In this document: positions 39,240-49,499 of the stretch, piece after piece
Position numbering within the stretch: the stretch's first letter is position 1
Layout of the letters: every line of letters starts with the position of its first letter
From: an uncultured bacterium
GTDB taxonomy: Bacteria > Bacillota > Limnochordia > DTU080 > JAAYLA01
Reading direction: 5' to 3'
Assembly (NCBI GenBank): GCA_937983075.1
Contig: CALKAQ010000031.1
Span: 1,717-65,716 of the forward strand
DNA: 64,000 nt
Program-made: the position numbers and the translations under genes
The notes under the pieces: generated by a model
The model's database searches: none
Told to the model about the DNA's origin: nothing
Seen by the model: only the letters and a program-made list of their open reading frames with translations

Positions 39240-39322
39240 CCGACAGTTTGACCACGATGCTCTCAATTTCTGTTACCCAGCCTCTGTCTTCCGAATAATT
39301 ATACGCGGTAGCGTATGGCTCA

Positions 39323-40900
39323 TTGGGCGTTCGTTTTGTCTTTGCCGAGAAAAAGGGGGTGGCCTTCATCCTCGAGTATCTCACCTACGTGGTAGTCGGT
39401 TTGGTGCTCTTTGTTGCCGGCTACCTGACACGGCGCATGATCATTGAAGCACGCGTACGGATGGCTAGGGATGAATCCAGCCGTATCTTGGAGGATGCAA
39501 GACGCGAAGCGGAAGCAGTTTTACGAGAAGCTACGGTAGAGGCAAAAGAAGAAGCGCACCGGATGCGCCAGGAAGCAGAGGAAGAAATCAGGGAAAGGCG
39601 TCGCAGTCTGCAGCAGATTGAACGCCGTTTGATGCAGAAAGAAGAAAATCTAGATCGGAGGCTCGATGGACTCGAGAGAAAAGAAGAAGATTTGGCTAAA
39701 AAGTCTGAAGAACTTGCGAAGGAGCGGGAAGAACTTCAGTTGATGCTTGAACGGCAGCGGCTTGAGCTCGAACGACTTGCCGGAATGACAACTGAAGAAG
39801 CCCGAAACTTGCTGCTCCGGCGAACCGAAGAGGAATTGCAGCACGAGATGGCGGTGATGATTCACGAGATTGAATCGAAAGCACGTGAGGAAGCGGAACG
39901 CCGTGCCCGCCAAATCATTTCGTTGGCCATTGAGCGGTGTGCTGCAGATCACGTCGCTGAAACAACCGTCTCGGTGGTTTCGTTGCCGAATGACGAGATG
40001 AAAGGCCGCATCATTGGGCGGGAAGGGCGCAATATTCGTACGCTGGAAACGCTCACGGGCATCGATTTGATCATCGATGATACGCCGGAAGCGGTGATTT
40101 TGTCGGGATTTGACCCGATTCGCCGCGAAATTGCGCGCATTGCCCTCGAAAATCTGGTTGCAGACGGTCGTATTCATCCGGCTCGAATTGAAGAAGCAGT
40201 TGCCAAAGCTCAAAAGGAAGTGGAGAACGTCATCCGGGAAGAAGGTGAGCAAGCAACCTTCGAGGTTGGTGTACACGGCCTTCACCCGGAATTGGTCACG
40301 CTGTTGGGCCGGCTCAAGTTCCGGACGAGTTACGGCCAAAATATCCTGCAACACAGTATCGAGGTCGCACATCTCGCCGGAATTATGGCCGCCGAATTGG
40401 GGGCGGACGTAAAAGTAGCCAAGCGTGCAGGGCTGTTGCATGACATCGGCAAAGCCGTCGATCACGAAATGGAAGGCACGCACCTCCAGATCGGGATCGA
40501 GCTGCTGCGCAAGTACAATGAGTCCGAAGAAGTCATTCATGCAATGGCTTGTCACCATGGCGATTACGAACCGCAGACGGTTGAAGCGGTGCTCGTGACA
40601 GCCGCCGACGCAATTTCCGCGGCTCGGCCGGGTGCTCGGCGTGAGTCGTTGGAGAACTACATTCGGCGGCTGGAGAAGCTGGAAGCAATCGCCGATTCGT
40701 TTGACGGCGTTGCAAAAGCGTATGCCATTCAAGCTGGCAGGGAAATTCGCATCATGGTCAAGCCCCACAAGCTTGATGACAAAGCCGCTGCGAAAATGGC
40801 TCGCGACATCGTCAAGCGAATTGAAAACGAAGTCGATTATCCCGGACAGATTAAAGTTACGGTCATCCGCGAAACACGTGCGATCGAATATGCTCGTTGA
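39323..40900 (+). CDS. rny: Ribonuclease Y
   Basis: N-terminal TM, coiled coil, KH domain ([15 protein letters not shown]), HD domain ([12 protein letters not shown]); near-identical stretches to B. subtilis Rny; true start may be GTG at about 39359. Confidence 0.9.
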   Translation: MGVRFVFAEKKGVAFILEYLTYVVVGLVLFVAGYLTRRMIIEARVRMARDESSRILEDARREAEAVLREATVEAKEEAHRMRQEAEEEIRERRRSLQQIERRLMQKEENLDRRLDGLERKEEDLAKKSEELAKEREELQLMLERQRLELERLAGMTTEEARNLLLRRTEEELQHEMAVMIHEIESKAREEAERRARQIISLAIERCAADHVAETTVSVVSLPNDEMKGRIIGREGRNIRTLETLTGIDLIIDDTPEAVILSGFDPIRREIARIALENLVADGRIHPARIEEAVAKAQKEVENVIREEGEQATFEVGVHGLHPELVTLLGRLKFRTSYGQNILQHSIEVAHLAGIMAAELGADVKVAKRAGLLHDIGKAVDHEMEGTHLQIGIELLRKYNESEEVIHAMACHHGDYEPQTVEAVLVTAADAISAARPGARRESLENYIRRLEKLEAIADSFDGVAKAYAIQAGREIRIMVKPHKLDDKAAAKMARDIVKRIENEVDYPGQIKVTVIRETRAIEYAR

Positions 40901-41591
40901 TTCTTTCGACGGCAGCATTCGTGACCGCGTACGTCGAGGCTGTCCCAAAACGGGGCAGCCTCATTTCATTCGGTGCCAAGCAGGAGTGAACCTCGACAGC
41001 GTAGAACCTTTTGCGGACACGCCGGGGGGAGGTCTAGGAAACGTGACATACCTCAATGGAAATTCACGCCTCGTAGCGGAGGGAGGAACGTCGGCTCCCG
41101 CGGGACTTTTTGTCTCCCTTTTGGTTCGCTATCCTGAACTGGGATCGGTGAAATTCATACCCGAAACGCGTACGCTGGTTTTAACGTTTTTGCTGCGGCC
41201 ATCGCCGGATTCCAGCTTGTTCAAAGCGTTTAGCAAACGTCTTTATCAAAGCCTGGAAGCATACTCCTATTTATCAGGCAGCCCGGTTCACGTCATCAAC
41301 GTCTCCCGAACCGATCACGAATCATGCACAGTGATCGAAGCAACAAGGGACATCGATACGTTGACGCAAGAGGAGCTGTCACTGATCGTCGCTCTCGTGC
41401 GCGAATGGTTCAGCGATCGCCTTGTTCCCGAAGCCGCGGAGCCCATGACCGAGGAGGATATCCAAGTGCAAGACGAGATCATCGGGCATATGCTCGAAGA
41501 CATGCGGAAGTCTTCTTCTCTCGGCGATTTGATCGGATTCCGTGAAGGCGACAGGGTACTTCTATTCAACCGGGGAGAAGCCAAGCGATGA
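40891..41591 (+). CDS. Hypothetical protein in the position occupied by ymdB in B. subtilis
   Basis: Open frame with coding-like codon usage; no metallophosphoesterase motifs; start uncertain (ATG 40891 overlapping rny stop, or GTG/TTG near 41115-41150 after a palindromic TCCCGCGGGA plus T5). Confidence 0.35.
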
Positions 41592-42583
41592 CGGCAGGTA
41601 GGCAGATGCTAACGACTCTTCGCATCGTCGATGCCCACTGCGATACCATATGGGCGGCACCTAAACAACAACGGGATTTCACCCGGCGTTCAAATCGAGG
41701 TCACCTGGATATCCCCCGTTTGCGGGAAGCGGGTGTCGTCTTGCAGTTTTTTGCGTTGTTTTCGGATCCCGCGCACGGAAGCCACGGATATACCCACAAG
41801 GCGCTCGAAATGATCGACGCGTTTTATCAAGCGGTCAGTAAGGCGAAAGGCCTATGGCCGCTTTTTTGGCGTCATCAGATCGCAAAGGTGAGAGCCGGAG
41901 ACGGTGTGGCCGGATTGTTGGCGATCGAAGGTGGCGAAGCTCTCGGTGGAAGCGTCGAAATTTTGCGCTGCTTTTTCCGCTTAGGTGTCCGGTCGGTCGG
42001 TCTCACGTGGAACGGACGGAATGAGCTGGCTGACGGTCAAATGGAAACAGGGTCCGGCGGCGGCCTCACCCGGGCGGGTATCGAAGTCGTCACCGAAATG
42101 GAGCGGCTTGGGATGTTGATCGATGTCTCGCACCTATCGGACCACGGATTTTGGCATGTGCTTGAAGTGACGACAGGGCCGGTGATTGCGTCGCATTCCA
42201 ACGCCCGCAGTCAATGCAGCCATTTGCGCAATTTAACGGACGAGCAAATTCGTGCGTTGGCCCAGCGCGGAGGCTTCATCGGCATCAATCTCATGCCGGA
42301 TTTTTTGCGGGAAGGCGGCGAGGCGCAAATCGATGATATCATACGGCACATTGATCACATGGCGAGTGCAGTCGGGAATACGGCACACATTGCAATTGGA
42401 TCGGATTTCGACGGGGTGGAAAAATTGCCGGCAGGGATCGAACATGTGGGTGATCTGCCACGAATTGCTGAAGCTCTCTCGCGGCGGGGCTACTCCGATG
42501 CCGATGTGAGGGGAATCATGGGCGAAAATATTTTGCGGGTCTTGGAAAGAGTGCTGCCCGAATCCGACGCCATGAGCGGATAG
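41588..42583 (+). CDS. Membrane dipeptidase (peptidase family M19)
   Basis: HCDT ... EGG ... DVSH ... SHSN ... DFDG motifs of renal-dipeptidase-like enzymes. Confidence 0.8.
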   Translation: MTAGRQMLTTLRIVDAHCDTIWAAPKQQRDFTRRSNRGHLDIPRLREAGVVLQFFALFSDPAHGSHGYTHKALEMIDAFYQAVSKAKGLWPLFWRHQIAKVRAGDGVAGLLAIEGGEALGGSVEILRCFFRLGVRSVGLTWNGRNELADGQMETGSGGGLTRAGIEVVTEMERLGMLIDVSHLSDHGFWHVLEVTTGPVIASHSNARSQCSHLRNLTDEQIRALAQRGGFIGINLMPDFLREGGEAQIDDIIRHIDHMASAVGNTAHIAIGSDFDGVEKLPAGIEHVGDLPRIAEALSRRGYSDADVRGIMGENILRVLERVLPESDAMSG

Positions 42584-42647
42584 GCTGAATATCGCTTGGT
42601 TAGACTACGTACGCTTAGATTTTTCGTGGTAAAGGGGGACAGCGTAC

Positions 42648-42860
42648 GTGGCCGTAATCAAAGTGATTGAACTCGTCGGGGAATCCCATGAAAGCTGGGA
42701 TGACGCAGTGCGTCAGGCGGTTCGTGAAGCCGCCCGTACCATCCGAAATATTAGCGGTGTTGAAGTGCTCAACATGACCGGCAGCATCGACGAAAATGGC
42801 GAAATTGTTGACTATAAGGCCGATGTCCAGATTGCATTTCGTGTCGATCCGGACCGTTGA
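42648..42860 (+). CDS. Dodecin-family flavin-binding protein
   Basis: 70 aa; KVIELVGESHESWDDAV...VEV...VQIAFRV pattern of dodecin; GTG start after AAAGGGGGA. Confidence 0.7.
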   Translation: MAVIKVIELVGESHESWDDAVRQAVREAARTIRNISGVEVLNMTGSIDENGEIVDYKADVQIAFRVDPDR

Positions 42861-42885
42861 GCCACGCAGCTGCGTTGGCAGCACA

Positions 42886-42918
42886 GGAGCTGTCCCAAGA
42901 GGGGCAGCTCCTTTTTTT
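42886..42918 (+). terminator. Rho-independent terminator after dodecin gene
   Basis: AGGAGCTG-TCCCAAGAGGGG-CAGCTCCT followed by TTTTTT. Confidence 0.7.
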
Positions 42919-43061
42919 GAACGCGCCGCCGAAAGCCTGCCTAGTTCCATTGTTCCATTTTCTGCACCGTCGTATTTATGCATACCTTCTTTCCCGCTAC
43001 GGACAGAATACACGAGAGCGTGATCCAATCCAGTGGATACGGTGTTGGAGGTGAGGTTGCA

Positions 43062-43394
43062 GTGGATTGGCTAGGGGTCATTGTGCGTCTCGTCGTGTCT
43101 GCCCTGGTGTTGATGTTGGTTGGATTGATTCTGCCTGGCTTTGCCGCTATGGGATTCTGGACTGCCTTGCTGGCAGCAGTGGTCATCGCAGCAATCGGTT
43201 GGGTTGTCGAATCAACCTTGGGGAAAGATATTTCTCCTTCGAGGCGAGGCCTCGTAGGCTTCATCGTTTCGGCCATTGTCATCTGGGCAGCTCAGTTTCT
43301 CGTTCCGGGAATGTCAGTCACCGTATTAGGCGCGCTATTGGCTGCGTTCGTTATAGGAATTATCGATCTCTTTGTGCCTACGGCGGTGAGATAG
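43062..43394 (+). CDS. DUF360 / phage-holin-4-like small membrane protein (YvlD-like)
   Basis: LILPGFAAMGFWTALLAAVVIAAIGW ... FLVPGMSV ... four-TM pattern; GTG 43062 after GGAGGTGAGG. Confidence 0.6.
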   Translation: MDWLGVIVRLVVSALVLMLVGLILPGFAAMGFWTALLAAVVIAAIGWVVESTLGKDISPSRRGLVGFIVSAIVIWAAQFLVPGMSVTVLGALLAAFVIGIIDLFVPTAVR

Positions 43395-43479
43395 TGCACA
43401 TAGGGCTCTGGAACTGAAGACCCAGGCCGATGACTCGGTCTGGGTCTTTCATTCGATCGGCTGGCAGGAGGCTCGAGCG

Positions 43480-44925
43480 GTGAAACTCTCCAAGCGGCTG
43501 GACAGCAATTTAGAGATCATCAAGGAACGTTTAGGCTATAACATAACCTTCGACCTGATGATTCGCGAAATCGAGATTGGCGGCCGACGTTCTGCCATGG
43601 TGTTCCTGCAGAACTTCATGTCTGAAACCGACACCATTTTGATTATGCGCGAGCTTCAGAAGGTCGAACGGGACCAAATCGTGCCCAACACGATTGAAAA
43701 AGTGCTCCGGCGCGTCATCCCGTTTATGGAAACGGAATCCGAGTCGGATATGGATAAGATCATATATCAAATATTGGCAGGTCCTATCGTTGTCTTCATC
43801 GACGGGCAGGATGAGGCCATCATTATTGATGTCAGGAAATATCCCGTTCGCGGCGTGGAGGAACCCGAGCTTGAGCGGGTGACGCGCGGATCACGCGAAG
43901 GTTTCGTTGAGACGCTTGTATTCAACGTCCTCCTGATACGTCGACGGCTGCGCGACCCGTATTTGCGTGTGGAAATGCAACAGATGGGTGAAAGGAATAA
44001 GAGCGATGTCGCCATTGTCTATTTGGAAGGCGTCGCCGATCCGAAGCTCATCGCGGACATCAAAGAGCGGCTTCGGGAGAGTAAGGAGGATATGCTTCCT
44101 TTTGGCAGCCGAGCCCTCGAAGAGTATTTGGTCAACAACCGCTACAGCATCATTCCGACGATCCGATACACGGAGAGGCCGGACGTAGCCGCCGCACATC
44201 TGCTCGAAGGGCACGTTATTCTTCTCGTTGATACGACGCCGACCGCATTGATACTTCCTTGTACCATTTGGCACTTTACGCAGCATGCGGAAGAGTTTTT
44301 CCAAAATCCCGTCATCGGTACGTATTTGCGGTGGGTGCGCACTTTCGCGACATTCATGGCGCTCATTTTGACACCGCTTTGGCTCGCTCTCTTTCTGCAA
44401 AAGGACAGCCTGCCGGAATGGCTCCAGTTTATCGGCCCATCCGAAACCAACTATACGGTGTCGGTGATATTGCAGTTTTTCATCCTGGAAGTCGGGATCG
44501 ACTTTATCCGCATGGCGCTGATCCATACGCCGAACGCGTTGGCGACATCGTTAGGTATTGTCGGCGCCATTCTCTTGGGGGATTTGGCCGTCAGTGTCGG
44601 CTTGTTCATACCGGAGACGATCTTATACACGTCATTGGTTGTAATCGGTTCGTTTGCGATTCCCACGATCGAATTTTCGCTCGCCGTCCGTCTTGGTCGA
44701 TATCTCCTGCTGGTATTCGCGGCAATCGGCAAGCTGCCGGGGTTCATTGTCGGGCTGCTTGTCATCTTTCTCGCTTTGGTGTCGAAGCGCTCCCTGGGCG
44801 TACCTTATTTGTGGCCGCTCATCCCGTTCAACTGGGAGGCGCTGAGCTCACTGCTGTTCCGTTCGCCGGTGCCGAAAGCGATGCACCGGGTGAATATATG
44901 GCCGCCCCGAAAAGATCGAACATGA
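43480..44925 (+). CDS. spoVAF: GerA-family spore germination protein, SpoVAF-like (lies directly upstream of lysA as in B. subtilis)
   Basis: Soluble N-domain plus C-terminal multi-TM domain typical of GerAA/SpoVAF; synteny with lysA. Confidence 0.7.
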   Translation: MKLSKRLDSNLEIIKERLGYNITFDLMIREIEIGGRRSAMVFLQNFMSETDTILIMRELQKVERDQIVPNTIEKVLRRVIPFMETESESDMDKIIYQILAGPIVVFIDGQDEAIIIDVRKYPVRGVEEPELERVTRGSREGFVETLVFNVLLIRRRLRDPYLRVEMQQMGERNKSDVAIVYLEGVADPKLIADIKERLRESKEDMLPFGSRALEEYLVNNRYSIIPTIRYTERPDVAAAHLLEGHVILLVDTTPTALILPCTIWHFTQHAEEFFQNPVIGTYLRWVRTFATFMALILTPLWLALFLQKDSLPEWLQFIGPSETNYTVSVILQFFILEVGIDFIRMALIHTPNALATSLGIVGAILLGDLAVSVGLFIPETILYTSLVVIGSFAIPTIEFSLAVRLGRYLLLVFAAIGKLPGFIVGLLVIFLALVSKRSLGVPYLWPLIPFNWEALSSLLFRSPVPKAMHRVNIWPPRKDRT

Positions 44926-45006
44926 TGTGATCAGTTAGGCATTGGCGCACATCTGAAAACCTTGTTGTTTCACAAAAGAGGCGATTTGAAGATATGAATC
45001 GACGGT

Positions 45007-45321
45007 TTGCTTGCAGCGGGTATTGATGTGGCAGTACTCAACGAATACCTTCTCCGAAGCACCAGGATGCTGCCTACCGGGATAAGTGAAGCCGATCTCG
45101 ATGATTATGTCGCGTACGTCGACGAGCTGTTGTCAGCGTGCCTTGATGTCGCCGCATTCAACCAGTATATGCTCCAAACATTCCCGAACTGCTTTACTGT
45201 GAGGGGTGGACTGCCGTCTGCGAAAGCGATGAACCGGGCCAACCTTGCTGCCGCAATTGCTTCAGCGAATCGAGCGGTGAAGAATACCAACGCCACCATT
45301 GGGGTGGTCGTCGTAGATTGA
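45007..45321 (+). CDS. Hypothetical small protein (weak call)
   Basis: 104-aa ORF, TTG start without RBS, low GC3 relative to neighbours. Confidence 0.25.
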   Translation: MLAAGIDVAVLNEYLLRSTRMLPTGISEADLDDYVAYVDELLSACLDVAAFNQYMLQTFPNCFTVRGGLPSAKAMNRANLAAAIASANRAVKNTNATIGVVVVD

Positions 45322-45514
45322 TTGCGCATATCGCAAAGTGAGCGACGTTGTCCGTCAAACATACATCTTTCAACGCAACCGCGGCCGCCTTGACCCTTTT
45401 TTTCCGCCCGTGCTAAGATAAACGGGTATGTGAGGCGCTTGTGGCAGCTTTTCGGAATACGCTTTTTTGATGAGTATGATCCGAATGCGCCTCATTTGAA
45501 AGGGGAAGGTCGGC

Positions 45515-46858
45515 TTGCGGTTGTTTGGAACGATGCGGGTGAACGAACGCTCACATTTGGAAATCGGCGGATGCGATGCCGTCGAACTGGCGAAAGAATT
45601 CGGAACACCGGTGTATGTCATCGATGAAAGCCTTGTAAGAGAAAAGTGCCGCAAGTATCGCCAAGCTTTCGCCGAGCATTATCCAAACAGTGAGGTCGTC
45701 TACGCCGGCAAAGCGCTGCTAACCACGGCGATTTGCCGCATTATGGACGAAGAAGGGTTAAGCCTCGACGTCGTTTCCGGCGGAGAATTGTATACGGCGC
45801 TGAAAGCGGACTTTCCAGCCGAGCGAATTTATTTTCATGGCAACAACAAGTCGCCGGCTGAAATTCGTGAAGGCGTGGAAGCCGGCGTCGGCCGGTTCAT
45901 CGTCGATAGTTTGTACGAGCTCGAATTGCTCCAAACGACCGCCGAATCGCTCGGTCGCACGGTCAACATTTATCTCCGCATTACTCCCGGTGTCGAAGCA
46001 CATACACATACGTACATTCGCACGGGCCAAAGAGATTCCAAATTCGGGTTCGACATTACGGGCGGCGTAGCCATGACGGCCGTTCGCCGAGCACTCGAAC
46101 TACCCCGCATTCGGCTCCGAGGTTTTCACTGTCACATCGGCTCGCAAATATTCGATGTCGAATCGTTTCGCGTCGCGACCGAAGTCATGTTTGAATTCAT
46201 GGCAGCCGTCCGTGATGAAACCGGTTTTGTCGCCGAAGAGCTCGATATGGGCGGCGGCATGGGCATTCGCTACACGGAAAAAGACACGCCCGTTGAACCC
46301 GAGGCGTATGTATCGCTTTTGGCCCAAGCCGTGGAAACCGAGGCGAAGCGGTACAATCTCCCGAAGCCGCGCATTCTCATTGAGCCCGGGCGTTCGATCG
46401 TCGGAGAAGCAGGAGTCACGTTATACACCATCGGCGCTATAAAAGAGGTACCGGGCATTCGCACGTACGCAGCCGTCGACGGCGGCATGACCGACAATCC
46501 CCGAGTCGCCCTCTATGAGGCTGAGTACGAAGCGGTGGTTGCCAATAAGATGGGGGCCGCCAAGGACAACGTCGTTTCGATAGCAGGCAAGTGCTGTGAA
46601 TCGGGAGATATGTTGATTTGGGATCTGGCCGTCCCCACCGTGGAGCCGGGGGATATATTGGCCGTGTTTTCAACCGGTGCTTATAATTTTTCCATGGCGA
46701 GTCACTACAACCGCATTCCCCGTCCACCGGTCGTTCTTGTTAAGGAAGGGCAGGCCGACCTCATCGTGCGACGCGAGACATACGACGATTTGATCGCCTG
46801 CGATATCATTCCCGAGCGGTTGGCTCGGGGAGCGGTGGGTGCGAAGGCTCCGAAGTGA
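45515..46858 (+). CDS. lysA: Diaminopimelate decarboxylase
   Basis: HLEIGGCDAVELAKEFGTPVYV N-terminus, PLP-fold and beta-barrel domain motifs (GGGMGI, CESGD); TTG 45515 after AAAGGGGAAGG. Confidence 0.9.
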   Translation: MRLFGTMRVNERSHLEIGGCDAVELAKEFGTPVYVIDESLVREKCRKYRQAFAEHYPNSEVVYAGKALLTTAICRIMDEEGLSLDVVSGGELYTALKADFPAERIYFHGNNKSPAEIREGVEAGVGRFIVDSLYELELLQTTAESLGRTVNIYLRITPGVEAHTHTYIRTGQRDSKFGFDITGGVAMTAVRRALELPRIRLRGFHCHIGSQIFDVESFRVATEVMFEFMAAVRDETGFVAEELDMGGGMGIRYTEKDTPVEPEAYVSLLAQAVETEAKRYNLPKPRILIEPGRSIVGEAGVTLYTIGAIKEVPGIRTYAAVDGGMTDNPRVALYEAEYEAVVANKMGAAKDNVVSIAGKCCESGDMLIWDLAVPTVEPGDILAVFSTGAYNFSMASHYNRIPRPPVVLVKEGQADLIVRRETYDDLIACDIIPERLARGAVGAKAPK

Positions 46859-47604
46859 AACCCTATCACGTCCGGCTGCCACAGTATGAAGGTCCTCTGG
46901 AACTGCTCGTCCATCTGATCGAATCACAGCAATTCGATATTTGGGACATCCCCATTTCTCGAATTACCGACCAATACATGGCGTATCTGGCACAGATGGA
47001 CCAGTTGAACCTCGACATCGGCGGCGAGTTCATTGTAATGGCTGCCACGCTGTTGGCGATTAAGGCGCGCATGCTGATGCCGAAGCCGCCGCGTGAAGAG
47101 GACGCAGCACACGATGAGGAACCTATCGATCCGCGCGAAATACTCGCACGCAAGCTGGCCGAGTACAAGAAATTTCGCAAGGCGGCGCATGCACTCGATG
47201 CACTTTTGGCGGAACGGGGAATTGTCGCAGGGCGAGGATGTCCACCACCGCCTGGACGCGTTCGTTATGAGCCGCCGGCAGGCAAAGCGACGTTAAACGA
47301 TCTCGCACGTGCATACCGTCAAGCGATCGAAGCGCTGCAAGCGAAGGCGCCTGAAATTGTGCGACCGGCCCCTGTGGAAATCACCGTCGAAGAGCGTTCC
47401 GAGCAACTGATGGAACGCATACGGAAAGAATTGCGTGTCCAGTTCGACGCTCTCTTTGGGAGCGAAAAGCACAGCCGTCGCTACATTGTCATCACATTCT
47501 TGGCGGTACTCGAATTGGTACGCCACGGCTTCATTGTCGCTGAGCAAAACGAACCATTCGGTCCCATTTGGTTAGAACAGCCTCAAGGGGGTTCAAGTGC
47601 TTGA
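46855..47604 (+). CDS. scpA: Segregation and condensation protein A
   Basis: YEGPLELLVHLIESQQFDIWDIPISRITDQYMAYL kleisin N-domain. Confidence 0.9.
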   Translation: MKPYHVRLPQYEGPLELLVHLIESQQFDIWDIPISRITDQYMAYLAQMDQLNLDIGGEFIVMAATLLAIKARMLMPKPPREEDAAHDEEPIDPREILARKLAEYKKFRKAAHALDALLAERGIVAGRGCPPPPGRVRYEPPAGKATLNDLARAYRQAIEALQAKAPEIVRPAPVEITVEERSEQLMERIRKELRVQFDALFGSEKHSRRYIVITFLAVLELVRHGFIVAEQNEPFGPIWLEQPQGGSSA

Positions 47605-48119
47605 GTTTGTCTCCGATTGCCCGACTGCAGGCTGTTTTGTTTGCAGCACCTCATCCGCTGGACAAGGATGAGCTTGTGCAGCTTTTGAACGCTGCACCGG
47701 ACGAGGTGGACACCTGGCTAGCTGAACTGCAAAAGGAGCTGCTTGAAAATGAGCACAGCGGCCTTTTCTTGGAACGCGTAGCCGGCGGCTATCGGCTCGC
47801 AACGAAACCCGAGTTAGGAGCGTATGTTGAGAACGTCACATCGGTAGTCAAGGCTGGCACGTTGTCGCCTGCCGCTCTGGAAACATTGGCAATCATTGCC
47901 TACAAGCAGCCCATCACGCGCGCTGAGATCGAAGCTATTCGCGGCGTGCGGGTTGAGCGAGCGCTGACGTCTTTGTTGGAAAGAGACCTCATTACGGAAG
48001 TGGGCAGAAAAGACGCACCCGGACGGCCCGTTCTATTCGGCACAACCGAAACGTTTTTAGCGCACTTCGGCTTAAACACGTTGAACGATCTACCTCCACT
48101 GGACGAAAACGATTCATAA
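47601..48119 (+). CDS. scpB: Segregation and condensation protein B
   Basis: LQAVLFAAPHPLDKDEL and two winged-helix repeats; TTG 47601 after AAGGGGG (the track start 47568 overlaps scpA). Confidence 0.8.
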   Translation: MSLSPIARLQAVLFAAPHPLDKDELVQLLNAAPDEVDTWLAELQKELLENEHSGLFLERVAGGYRLATKPELGAYVENVTSVVKAGTLSPAALETLAIIAYKQPITRAEIEAIRGVRVERALTSLLERDLITEVGRKDAPGRPVLFGTTETFLAHFGLNTLNDLPPLDENDS

Positions 48120-48230
48120 CGAATCCCTCGAGCGGGAATCCTTACCACAAACATGTTGTTTCTTGCAAGGCAACACAAGGGGCCCTTGTCCAAATCTCGA
48201 GCGCTGTGTCAGTGAGAGGCGGCGGATGCC

Positions 48231-48947
48231 GTGCTGTTCGGAAGCCTCGTCGTTTTAACCGCTCTAGCTCTCCTAGTCATTCTCCTTTTTCCATTTCGTG
48301 TGCGAATCCGTTATCGGCGAAACGAAGACGGCGGGCATGAAATCGCCGTGATGATTCGCTTCCGTGGGGCCGTTCATGCGGGGTGGGAAATTACCGTATT
48401 TCGTTATTCTTCTGAACAAAAACGGACGGCTTCCGGTGAATCCAATGAATCCAAGCTCGAAGAGGAGCAGCAGGCTGATCACCATCTCGAAAGTAGTCCG
48501 GTGCACACACTCCTCAACGGCGTCAACACATTGCAAACGCTGTTCGACGGCGGTGGAAACGAAGCTCAAAGCCAATCGCTTTTGAAAACCTTGCAATACC
48601 GTGTTGATACCCCCATGCGTTTTCTCCAATACGTACGCGACTGTGAAGCTTTGATTTGGGAAACGCGCTTCGGAACGGGAGACGCCGCTTCAACGGCCGT
48701 CTTGTACGGCGTGATCTGGGGGGTCAAAGCGACCGTGTACAGTACGTTGACACGCTGGGTTCACTTTCGGTCCGTACCGCACTTCTTGGTTGTTCCTGAT
48801 TACGACAAAGCCACTCTGGCCGTAGTCTTCGACGGTATATTCCGTTTTCGGCTTGGACAGATTATCGTCATGGAGACGCTTGCCATGCTGCGCAAATGGA
48901 AAAAGGGAGTGGGACGCATTGGAGTCAGGCAAGAAACATCCTATTGA
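48231..48947 (+). CDS. ytfI: DUF2953-family sporulation membrane protein (YtfI-like)
   Basis: N-terminal TM LVVLTALALLVILLF, gene order ytfI-ytfJ conserved. Confidence 0.55.
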   Translation: MLFGSLVVLTALALLVILLFPFRVRIRYRRNEDGGHEIAVMIRFRGAVHAGWEITVFRYSSEQKRTASGESNESKLEEEQQADHHLESSPVHTLLNGVNTLQTLFDGGGNEAQSQSLLKTLQYRVDTPMRFLQYVRDCEALIWETRFGTGDAASTAVLYGVIWGVKATVYSTLTRWVHFRSVPHFLVVPDYDKATLAVVFDGIFRFRLGQIIVMETLAMLRKWKKGVGRIGVRQETSY

Positions 48948-48954
48948 GGGCTTG

Positions 48955-49362
48955 ATGCAATCGGCCATGGAAAGCATCAAGGAAATTGTCGATGTCAACA
49001 CCATTTTAGGTGACCCGGTTGAAACACCCGATGGCACGGTAATATTGCCGATTTCCAGGGTGAGCCTCGGATTTGCGGCCGGAGGCACGGAATTTGAGAC
49101 GGAGCAGCGGCGGAGCGGCGACAACCATCAGAGGAACGGTTTTCCGTTCGGTGGCGGAAGCGGAGCGGGCATCTCCGTCAATCCGGTAGCATTTCTTGTG
49201 GTCGGCCAAGGACAAATCCGTTTGCTGCCGGTTGACTCCAGTGTTGTCGCAGATCGTTTGATCGACCTGGCACCCAAGATGTTCGACCGCATTCAAAACC
49301 TATTTGACAGCCGGAACCGCAATCAGTCCTACGGCAGCCACATGCAAGACCACCCCATTTAA
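48955..49362 (+). CDS. ytfJ: Sporulation protein YtfJ (GerW family)
   Basis: ILGDPVETPDGTVILPISRVSLGFAAGGTEF ... GGGSGAGISVNPVAFLVV signature; start chosen at internal ATG 48955. Confidence 0.7.
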   Translation: MQSAMESIKEIVDVNTILGDPVETPDGTVILPISRVSLGFAAGGTEFETEQRRSGDNHQRNGFPFGGGSGAGISVNPVAFLVVGQGQIRLLPVDSSVVADRLIDLAPKMFDRIQNLFDSRNRNQSYGSHMQDHPI

Positions 49363-49499
49363 ACGCCGGCAGATGGAACGTCTGAGCCGGAGCGTCGCCG
49401 GAGTATTCGTCCGTAGGCAGGAAGAGGCAGTGCCAACAGCGAACTCACTGGGCCCGGTGGCAGTTCGCTTGCAGATGGGAAAGGGCGGAACAGCGTCAG

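Noticed and set aside
45338-45514. Lysine (L-box) riboswitch upstream of lysA
   Set aside because: No conserved AGAGGNGC / junction motifs; too little structure.
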